A stretch of DNA of 64,000 nucleotides, taken from contig JAZSQB010000023.1 in NCBI GenBank assembly GCA_045537695.1, positions 15,605-79,604 of the forward strand. Direction: 5' to 3'. Source of the DNA: Clostridia bacterium. GTDB taxonomy: Bacteria; Bacillota; Clostridia; UBA1381; UMGS1253. A model generated the notes under the pieces. The model saw nothing but the letters and a program-made list of their open reading frames with translations, was not told the DNA's origin and did not search any database. A program made the translations under genes and the position numbers. Shown piece by piece: positions 47,388-54,796 of the stretch. Each line of letters begins with the position of its first letter. Position 1 is the first letter of the stretch.

Positions 47388-49658
47388 TTAGAGTTTGTTT
47401 CTCTGAATCTTACCGCTAATGGTTTTCGGTAATTCATCGCGGAATACAACAATACGCGGATATTTGTACGGTGCCGTTCTTTCCTTAACATAATTTTGAA
47501 TTTCTTTCTTAAGCTCATCCGTGCCTTCTGTACCCTTCGTAAGCACGATGCTCGCTTTTACAACCTGACCTCTTACTTCGTCAGGCTCAGCAGATACGCC
47601 ACATTCAAGCACATACGGAAGCTCCATAATAACACTCTCGATTTCAAAAGGTCCAATGCGGTAGCCGGAAGACTTAATTACGTCATCCACACGACCAACA
47701 TACCAGTAGAAGCCGTCTTCATCCTTCCAAGCGGTGTCACCGGTGTGATAATAACCATCGTGCCACGCTTCGTTGGTCTTTTCTTCGTTCAGATAATAGC
47801 CACTGAACAGACCGCACGGTACATTTTCGCTTGTCTTAATAACAATTTCTCCTGTTTCACCAACGCCCGCCGGTGTGCCATCCGGCAATTGAATGTCTAC
47901 ATCGTACATCGGACTCGGTTTACCCATCGAGCCAAGCTTATGTTTGTTACCGCGCAAATTCGCGATAACGAGTGTTGTTTCTGTCTGTCCGAAGCCTTCG
48001 CGGATACGCAGACCAGTTGCTTTTTCAAATGCTCTGTATACTTCCGGATTGAGTGCTTCGCCCGCAGTTGTCATACGCTTGATGGAAGACAGATCGTAGT
48101 TGGAAATATCCTGTTTAACAAGCATGCGCAGCATAGTAGGCGGCGCACAAAATGTTGTAATCTGATACTTTGCAAACATTGGCAGGATGTCAGATGCATC
48201 AAAGCGGTCAAAGTCATACGTAAACACTGCCCCTTCACAAAGCCACTGTCCGTAGAACTTACCCCAAAGCGCTTTCCCCCAACCCGTGTCGGAGATAGTA
48301 AAGTGAATACCATCTCTGTATACGCCGTGCCAGTATTTTGCCGTAATAAAATGACCGAGCGCATAACGGTAGCTCTGTGTCGCAATTTTGGGATAACCAG
48401 TTGTACCGGAAGTGAAAAACATAATCATCGGGTCTGTGCCGCACGGTGTATCTTCACTTCTTTCAAATTTACCGGTAAACAGACTGTAGTTTTCATCAAA
48501 ATCGTGCCAGTCCTCTCGGTTGCCACCTACCAAAATCTTGGTTTTCAGCGTCGGACTTTTCCGTTGCGCGCTATCCACCTGCTCAGCCGTATTTCCGTCA
48601 GCCGTACACAAAATCGCACTCACGCCTGCGGCGTTAAAACGATATTCAAAATCGTGCTCCTGCAGCTGATTGGTCGCCGGAATTGCAATTGCACCAAGTT
48701 TATGCAAACCAAGCATCGCAAACCAGAACTGGTAATGACGTTTGAGCACAACCATCACTCTGTCGCCTTTTTTGATGCCAAGTGATTTAAAGTAGTTTGC
48801 ACACTGGGCAGAGGCACGTTTCATATCTTTAAAAGTAAATCTTCTTTCGGTTTTATTTACATCCAGATGCAGCATCGCAAGCTTGTCAGGATATTTATCC
48901 GCAATTTCATCCACAACGTCGAACGCAAAATTAAATTTATCATCGTCTGTAAAGTCAATCGATTTAAGCGCACCGTTTTCTTCTTCAGTTGTATGGATGA
49001 ACTTCTCACAAATCAAAGCCTCGGATTTACCGGCAGAAACTACGCTGTCACGAATAATATCTTCTGATGTTTCTTCACCGGATACAACTACGGCTAAAAA
49101 GAGACAGTCTTTGCCATCCACGGCAATCATACCATGCGGAATGGAGCTATTGTAGAAGATACTATCACCTTCATGCAGAATTTCAGTATTTTCACCAATC
49201 TGCACCTTGAGGCTGCCTGAAATAATTAAGTCAAACTCCTGACCGCTGTGTGTTGTCAGATGTATCGGACGGTTCTGCTGATCAGCGTTGTATTCATAGA
49301 GCACCGAATACGGCTCTGCGAGCTTATTTTTAAAGCGCGGTGCCAGGTTTTTAATATCAATGCCGTCTTCTTTCGCCGTCTGCTGACCATGGTCTTTTCT
49401 TGTAATTGTATACGAAGACAGAAAAGTTGCGCTTTGACCTTCCAGAATATCAGACATTCCGACATCGAATACCAATGCACACTTATGAATAAAGCTGAAC
49501 GGAAAATCAATCTCGCCCGCTTCATAGCGCAGATATTCGCCAACACTGACTTCTGTCTTCCGTGCTGTTTCTTCAATACTTAAACCGGCAATTTCGCGAG
49601 CTTCACGAATTCTGCCTGCGATTTCAAACAGCTTTGTTTTTGTTGTGGATGTTTCCAT
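47388..49658 (-). CDS. fusion protein: XRE-type HTH + cupin + AMP-forming acyl-CoA synthetase (paralog 2)
   Basis: 756 aa from METSTTK (gggagg RBS). Same three-domain layout, with FTSGTTGYPK, GFGQTE, YHTGD, GRVDDVIKSSGYRIGPFEIE and PKTISGKIQR. Confidence 0.88.
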   Translation of the reverse strand: METSTTKTKLFEIAGRIREAREIAGLSIEETARKTEVSVGEYLRYEAGEIDFPFSFIHKCALVFDVGMSDILEGQSATFLSSYTITRKDHGQQTAKEDGIDIKNLAPRFKNKLAEPYSVLYEYNADQQNRPIHLTTHSGQEFDLIISGSLKVQIGENTEILHEGDSIFYNSSIPHGMIAVDGKDCLFLAVVVSGEETSEDIIRDSVVSAGKSEALICEKFIHTTEEENGALKSIDFTDDDKFNFAFDVVDEIADKYPDKLAMLHLDVNKTERRFTFKDMKRASAQCANYFKSLGIKKGDRVMVVLKRHYQFWFAMLGLHKLGAIAIPATNQLQEHDFEYRFNAAGVSAILCTADGNTAEQVDSAQRKSPTLKTKILVGGNREDWHDFDENYSLFTGKFERSEDTPCGTDPMIMFFTSGTTGYPKIATQSYRYALGHFITAKYWHGVYRDGIHFTISDTGWGKALWGKFYGQWLCEGAVFTYDFDRFDASDILPMFAKYQITTFCAPPTMLRMLVKQDISNYDLSSIKRMTTAGEALNPEVYRAFEKATGLRIREGFGQTETTLVIANLRGNKHKLGSMGKPSPMYDVDIQLPDGTPAGVGETGEIVIKTSENVPCGLFSGYYLNEEKTNEAWHDGYYHTGDTAWKDEDGFYWYVGRVDDVIKSSGYRIGPFEIESVIMELPYVLECGVSAEPDEVRGQVVKASIVLTKGTEGTDELKKEIQNYVKERTAPYKYPRIVVFRDELPKTISGKIQRNKL

Positions 49659-49717
49659 TTTTCTCTTACCTCCCATAAAAGGTTCTCAAAATTTTGCTTT
49701 CGACGGTTTTTTACATT

Positions 49718-49975
49718 AAAAAAACCGTCTCAAAGTTTTCTTTGAGACGGGTGAAATTTCACTCGCGGTACCACTCAAATTGCAGTTAAACTGCCACTCG
49801 TCGGAATCTATCAATTCCTGTGCACTGACGTAGCATACACGGGAAACGTCTACTCGCTTTCACTTTCGGGTTTCCGGCTCAGAAGGGATAGGTATTTGAA
49901 AAGTTTGTCATTGACTCGCACCAACCGTCAACTCTCTGGAGACGCTACAGTTCAACCGTCTTCGTCACAGCCTAT
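49718..49975 (-). promoter_or_regulatory. T-box riboswitch leader 2 (controls 47388-49658)
   Basis: Minus strand shows GACGAAG, AGAGA, a GGUGCGA distal loop and AGUAGA. The T-box 5'-AAUUUGAGUGGUACCGCG-3' lies at plus 49764-49781. The terminator is CCGUCUCAAAG-AAAA-CUUUGAGACGG plus U7. Confidence 0.9.
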
Positions 49976-49981
49976 GAATGT

Positions 49982-50010
49982 ATAATACACCCAAAAAGCA
50001 GTTTTGTCAA
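49982..50010 (-). promoter_or_regulatory. promoter of T-box leader 2 (TTGACA-17-TATTAT)
   Basis: Hexamers on the minus strand with a 17-nt spacer. Confidence 0.65.
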
Positions 50011-50030
50011 GATTTTTTATATAAAAAATG

Positions 50031-50065
50031 CAAAAAATGTCCCGATACATGCGGTATCGGGACAT
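50031..50065 (-). terminator. terminator of the oxaloacetate decarboxylase operon
   Basis: Perfect 12-bp stem ATGTCCCGATAC-N5-GTATCGGGACAT followed on the minus strand by UUUUUG. Confidence 0.85.
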
Positions 50066-50069
50066 TAAA

Positions 50070-51515
50070 TTATTTAATCGGGTAATCTTTGGAGTCCATG
50101 TCGATATATTCAACATCAAATGCAGCTTTTGCCGGTGCTGCTTCAGCAGCCGGTGCGCTCTGCTCAACCTTCGGCGCCTTTCTGTGCTCAAAGTACTTCA
50201 TGGCAACCGGGCCGAACAGTGCATAGGACAATACATCCTCGTCCTGCTCTACGTAATCCTTGATTTCTTCTCTGAGCTTGTCAATTTCCGGCTCGAGTTT
50301 ATCTGCCGGACGGCAGGTAATTCTTTCTTCATCACCGATAACCTTCTTTACGATTTCATCGCTGATCGGAACCGGCGTCTGACCGTACTCACCGCGCACA
50401 ATACCTTTTGTTTCCTTGGTGATCATCTTATAACGCTCACCCATCAAAACGTTAAGCACTGCCTGTGTGCCGACAATCTGGCTCGACGGTGTAACGAGCG
50501 GCGGGAAACCTAAATCTTCACGCACGCGCGGTACTTCCTTGAGTACGTCCATAAACTTTCCTTCCTGACCCTGCTGCTTGAGCTGGGATACGAGGTTCGA
50601 GAGCATACCGCCCGGCACCTGGTAACGCAGTGTGTTAACATCCACACCCATAACCTTCGGGTCCATAAGACCACTCTTAAGGTATTCTTCACGAAGCGGT
50701 CTGAAGTAGTCTGCAATCTCACTTAAGAGGTCAAGATCAAGGCCTGTGTCATACTCTGTACCCTGCAATGCAGCAACCATCGGCTCTGTAGCCGGCTGGG
50801 ATGTACCAAGTGCGAGCGGAGACATAGCACAGTCGATTACGTCTATACCTGCTTCAATTGCCTTTAAGTAGGTCATCGAAGCCTCACCGCTTGTGTAGTG
50901 TGTATGCAGCTGAATCGGAATTTTAATTTCTTCCTTCATCGCTTTTACAAGGTCATATGCAGTATACGGAAGCAAAAGTGCAGCCATATCCTTGATGCAA
51001 ATGGAGTCCGCACCCATTTCTTCCAGCTGCTTTGCGAGCTTTACGAAAGACTCAATGTTGTGCACCGGGCTGATGGTGTAACATACAGTTGCCTGTACGT
51101 GTGCTTTTGCCTGATTGGCAGCTTTGATTGCCGCCTCCAGGTTTCTTGGGTCATTAAGTGCGTCGAAGATACGTAAGATATCAATACCATTATCTACGGA
51201 TTTCTTAACGAAGTAATCTACAACATCATCTGCATAATGTCTGTAACCGAGAATATTCTGACCGCGGAACAGCATCTGCAATTTCGTATTCTTAGCCTTA
51301 TCCTTAATCTTTCTTAAACGCTCCCATGGGTCTTCGTTTAAGAAGCGCAGGCAGGAGTCAAATGTAGCACCGCCCCATGCCTCTAAGGAATGATAGCCAA
51401 CTTTATCTAATTTTTCAACAATCGGAAGCATTTCTTCCGTTGTCATACGCGTAGCAATCAAAGACTGATGCGCGTCTCTTAATATGGTTTCAGTAATTTT
51501 AACCGGTTTTGCCAT
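50070..51515 (-). CDS. oadA: oxaloacetate decarboxylase alpha subunit, carboxyltransferase part only (no biotinyl domain)
   Basis: ITETILRDAHQSL...HTHYTSG. HMGL-like TIM barrel plus the PYC_OADA region. Ends without an AMKM biotin motif. Confidence 0.88.
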   Translation of the reverse strand: MAKPVKITETILRDAHQSLIATRMTTEEMLPIVEKLDKVGYHSLEAWGGATFDSCLRFLNEDPWERLRKIKDKAKNTKLQMLFRGQNILGYRHYADDVVDYFVKKSVDNGIDILRIFDALNDPRNLEAAIKAANQAKAHVQATVCYTISPVHNIESFVKLAKQLEEMGADSICIKDMAALLLPYTAYDLVKAMKEEIKIPIQLHTHYTSGEASMTYLKAIEAGIDVIDCAMSPLALGTSQPATEPMVAALQGTEYDTGLDLDLLSEIADYFRPLREEYLKSGLMDPKVMGVDVNTLRYQVPGGMLSNLVSQLKQQGQEGKFMDVLKEVPRVREDLGFPPLVTPSSQIVGTQAVLNVLMGERYKMITKETKGIVRGEYGQTPVPISDEIVKKVIGDEERITCRPADKLEPEIDKLREEIKDYVEQDEDVLSYALFGPVAMKYFEHRKAPKVEQSAPAAEAAPAKAAFDVEYIDMDSKDYPIK

Positions 51516-51553
51516 ATTTAGTTACCTCCCCTATATTTAAATTAACAGCCGAA

Positions 51554-52738
51554 CTACTTAAGCATCGACAGGAATACGCCAGCTGCTACCGCAGAACCAA
51601 TAACACCAGCAACATTCGGACCCATAGCGTGCATCAAAAGAAAGTTCTTTGGATTTGCTTCTTGACCAACCTTTTGCGATACACGCGCTGCCATCGGTAC
51701 AGCTGATACACCAGCAGAACCGATAAGCGGATTTATTTTTCCCTTTGTCAGGAAGCACATCAGCTTACCCAACAATAAGCCGCCTGCAGTCGAGAACGCA
51801 AACGCAACAATACCAAGACCAATAATCATCAAGGTCTGCGGTCTTAAGAACGCATCCGCTGTTGCAGTTGCGCCAACCGTTGTGCCAAGAAAAATTGTGA
51901 TAATGTTCATCAATTCATTCTGTGCAGTCTTGCTGATTCTGTCTGTTACGCCACATTCTTTTGCAAGATTACCAAGCATTAACATACCAACTAGCGGAAT
52001 TGCATCCGGTACAATCAAACCAACAACTACAGTTACTGCAATCGGGAAAATGATTTTTTCCGTCTTGGAAACTGGACGAAGCTGCTCCATCACAATCATA
52101 CGCTCTTTCTTTGTGGTCATCAGCTTCATAATCGGCTTCTGAATAACTTCAATCAGTGCCATATAGGAATAAGCCGCAATCGCAATTGCAGAAAGCAAAT
52201 GCGGTGCCAAAGTCTTTGTAATATAAATCGCTGTCGGACCGTCCGCACCACCAATAATACCGATAGAGCCTGCCTCTTGCGGTGTAAAGCCAAGCAGAAG
52301 TGCTGCTGCAAAGGTGAAGAACACACCAAACTGAGCAGCTGCACCCAAAAGAATGCTCTTTGGATTTGCAATCAGCGGACCGAAGTCAGTCATCGCACCG
52401 ACACCCAAGAAAATAAGCGGCGGATAAATACCGAGCTTAACACCTAGGTACAAAAGGTCTAAAAGACCGCCTTCTTTTAATACTTTGCCATAATCAATCG
52501 TTTCGCCTGTATACCAATCCGGATGCATAATGTCCGCTGCCTGTGGCAGATTCGCCAAAAGCATACCAAACGCAATCGGCAAAAGCAGTAGCGGTTCAAA
52601 TTTTTTAGCAATCGCAAGATAAATTAAAACAAAAGCAATCAGGAGCATTGCAATTGTTTTTACGCCGTCAACCCAACCGTTTGCAAACAGCAGGTTGAAA
52701 CCGGTCGTCGCCATAAATTCAGCGAGAAACTGTTGCAT
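51554..52738 (-). CDS. oadB: Na+-transporting decarboxylase beta subunit
   Basis: 394 aa, polytopic, with the OadB/GcdB/MmdB pattern ([14 protein letters not shown]...[10 protein letters not shown]...). Confidence 0.9.
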   Translation of the reverse strand: MQQFLAEFMATTGFNLLFANGWVDGVKTIAMLLIAFVLIYLAIAKKFEPLLLLPIAFGMLLANLPQAADIMHPDWYTGETIDYGKVLKEGGLLDLLYLGVKLGIYPPLIFLGVGAMTDFGPLIANPKSILLGAAAQFGVFFTFAAALLLGFTPQEAGSIGIIGGADGPTAIYITKTLAPHLLSAIAIAAYSYMALIEVIQKPIMKLMTTKKERMIVMEQLRPVSKTEKIIFPIAVTVVVGLIVPDAIPLVGMLMLGNLAKECGVTDRISKTAQNELMNIITIFLGTTVGATATADAFLRPQTLMIIGLGIVAFAFSTAGGLLLGKLMCFLTKGKINPLIGSAGVSAVPMAARVSQKVGQEANPKNFLLMHAMGPNVAGVIGSAVAAGVFLSMLK

Positions 52739-52770
52739 TGTATATCACTCACCTCTAAAGTCATATAATA

Positions 52771-53127
52771 TTAGCCAATTGTTACGAGAACATCGCCTGT
52801 ATTTACAGTGGATCCCTTTGTTGTGTTTACAGCGGAAATTGTGCCATCACACGGAGCAAGAATTTCGTTTTCCATCTTCATAGCTTCAAGAATAACGAGA
52901 ACTTCACCAGACTTCACACTCTGTCCTGCAGAAACCTTAATATCCAAAATGTTACCCGGCATCGGCGCTGTTACCGCATTTGCACCAGCCGGCACAGCCG
53001 TCGGAACCGGTGCCGCAGCCGGTGCTTCTGTCTTTGCTGCAGAGATAGGTGCGTTTGTTACGCCAGTAGCTTCTTCTACTTCTACGTTATAAACATTACC
53101 GTTTACTTTTACTACAAAATTCTTCAT
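52771..53127 (-). CDS. biotin carboxyl-carrier subunit of the decarboxylase
   Basis: Ala/Pro linker and LEAMKMENEI biotinylation motif. GGAGG RBS before MKNFVVK. Confidence 0.85.
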   Translation of the reverse strand: MKNFVVKVNGNVYNVEVEEATGVTNAPISAAKTEAPAAAPVPTAVPAGANAVTAPMPGNILDIKVSAGQSVKSGEVLVILEAMKMENEILAPCDGTISAVNTTKGSTVNTGDVLVTIG

Positions 53128-53169
53128 TTTTCTTTCCTCCAAATCTCCAATAAAACTTTAAATTTTCCC

Positions 53170-53457
53170 TTATTTACTCCAAAGTACGTTTCCGCTTTGA
53201 TCCTTAATGGATTTCACGCGAAGCCGCTTATTGGGATCATCACCGCTCATTGCTGCAACCGTTGCAGAAATCACTGCAATTGTTTCGTTTGCATCAATCG
53301 CATCGGCTGGTGCCGGTGCCGGTGCTGATTTCTCCGCGTCTGCTTTCTTGCCGAACAGTTGCATCAGACAGATTACAACCATTAATATAACCAGAACAGC
53401 AAATACGATCAGCATACCCATACCAGTATAAAGCAACCCTAAGTTTAAGCTATCCAT
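53170..53457 (-). CDS. small OadG-like membrane subunit
   Basis: 95 aa with a single N-terminal TM helix (GMGMLIVFAVLVILMVVI) followed by an Ala/Pro-rich tail. First gene of the oad operon. Confidence 0.7.
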   Translation of the reverse strand: MDSLNLGLLYTGMGMLIVFAVLVILMVVICLMQLFGKKADAEKSAPAPAPADAIDANETIAVISATVAAMSGDDPNKRLRVKSIKDQSGNVLWSK

Positions 53458-53522
53458 ACTCTCACCTCACAGTTCTACCATCAGACATTGACATTAGTAA
53501 ACACTAAAGTAACCTATTATAC

Positions 53523-53550
53523 ATTATACATAAAAACAATTAATTTTCAA
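53523..53550 (-). promoter_or_regulatory. putative promoter of the oad operon (TTGAAA-16-TATAAT)
   Basis: Hexamers on the minus strand about 65 nt upstream of the oadG-like start. Confidence 0.55.
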
Positions 53551-53570
53551 GTGTTTTTTCCAAATCTTGA

Positions 53571-53948
53571 TTATTCTTGTCCGCAACCATTGCAACCGGC
53601 ATCAAAATAACCTTCCAAATCGAGACTATATACTTCCCCTGCTTCCTTAAAACGCAAAAATTTTGCCAGCGGAAAAAGCTGCGGTTTTTTTATAGTTATA
53701 TAACGAATTCCGCCCAAATCCAAAGAGTTTAACAACGCTTTTCCAATCAACCAGCCCGTATCGTCTTCAAAAACGATTTCCTCAATAACTGTTTCCTTTG
53801 CAGTCATAGAAACCGCACCGACACCTAAAAGAATATCGTTTTCTTTAGCGCACATAACAAATAACGGCTCCAAATCCGTCTCTATACCATGCGCACGGAT
53901 AAAGGCGGTTGCTTCCGTTTTATCTACTACAGTTTTTACTTCAATCAT
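53571..53948 (-). CDS. hypothetical small protein (GNAT-like fold suspected, unsupported)
   Basis: 125 aa from MIEVK with a ggaggcg RBS. The start overlaps the rluB stop, suggesting translational coupling. C-terminal GCNGCG. Confidence 0.5.
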   Translation of the reverse strand: MIEVKTVVDKTEATAFIRAHGIETDLEPLFVMCAKENDILLGVGAVSMTAKETVIEEIVFEDDTGWLIGKALLNSLDLGGIRYITIKKPQLFPLAKFLRFKEAGEVYSLDLEGYFDAGCNGCGQE

Positions 53949-54678
53949 TTTTATCGCCTCCTCCACACAAACGGCTAATCTCCACGCTCGTCAGGTGACG
54001 CCATCTGCCGACTTGCAAGCCACCAAGCTCCACCGGTCCGATCGCAATACGTCTAAGCGCCCTTACACTATAGCCAAGCGCTTCAAACATTTTTCTAACC
54101 TGTCTGTTCTTGCCCTCGTGAATTGTTATTTTTACCACACTGTGTCCCGGAAAACCATCCAACAATTCAACCAGTGCCGGTGCGGTTTTATAATCTTCGA
54201 CACGAATACCGCGACGAAGTGCATTTAAATGTGCCGGCGTAATTCCACCCTTGAGTGTAGCAACATACGTTTTGCCAATGTTGTGCTTCGGATGTGTTAT
54301 TTTATAAGTAAAATCACCATCATTTGAAAGAAGGAGCAGCCCTTCCGTATCATAGTCAAGTCGTCCGACCGGGTACAAATTTGCCTTGATTTCTTCTTTC
54401 AGCAAATCCACCACCGTAGGTCTGTCAAACTGATCGTGCACCGAGCTGATGTACCCAAGCGGCTTATTGAGCATAATGTAATACTTCTTCTGTACTACCT
54501 TGATTTCTTCTCCGTCTAAAAAAACGCGGTTCGCCCCGATTTCGACTTTTGTGCCCAACTCGGTTACCAATGTACCATCCACACGCACTCTACCCTCTTC
54601 AATCATAACCTCTGCAGCACGCCTGGAAGCTTTTCCTGCCATTGCAATATACTTTTGTAAACGTACTATTTCCCCCAT
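53941..54678 (-). CDS. rluB: 23S rRNA pseudouridine synthase, RluB/RsuA family
   Basis: S4 domain (RLQKYIAMAGKASRR) plus catalytic GRLDYDTEGLLLL. Confidence 0.9.
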   Translation of the reverse strand: MGEIVRLQKYIAMAGKASRRAAEVMIEEGRVRVDGTLVTELGTKVEIGANRVFLDGEEIKVVQKKYYIMLNKPLGYISSVHDQFDRPTVVDLLKEEIKANLYPVGRLDYDTEGLLLLSNDGDFTYKITHPKHNIGKTYVATLKGGITPAHLNALRRGIRVEDYKTAPALVELLDGFPGHSVVKITIHEGKNRQVRKMFEALGYSVRALRRIAIGPVELGGLQVGRWRHLTSVEISRLCGGGDKND

Positions 54679-54765
54679 GTCTATCCTCCCGACAGTCTAT
54701 AATCTATATATTGTATATAATAACATGCAGAAGACATTATATACCAATTTTAAAGCAAAAGCAAC

Positions 54766-54794
54766 AAAAAAAGAGAAAGTATTTCTACTTTCTC
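54766..54794 (-). terminator. terminator after the DD-carboxypeptidase gene
   Basis: GAGAAAGTA-TTTC-TACTTTCTC. On the minus strand it is followed by U7. Confidence 0.85.
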
Positions 54795-54796
54795 CA

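Noticed and set aside
47496-48785. 429-aa plus-strand ORF, the longest unexplained ORF in the track. The similar ORFs at 45881-46513 and 45626-45871 are in the same category.
   Set aside because: It lies antisense to the acyl-CoA synthetase genes, whose minus-strand frames carry complete ANL motifs. Its translation is Arg/Cys/Phe-rich and low in complexity. It has no RBS. It is a typical shadow ORF.
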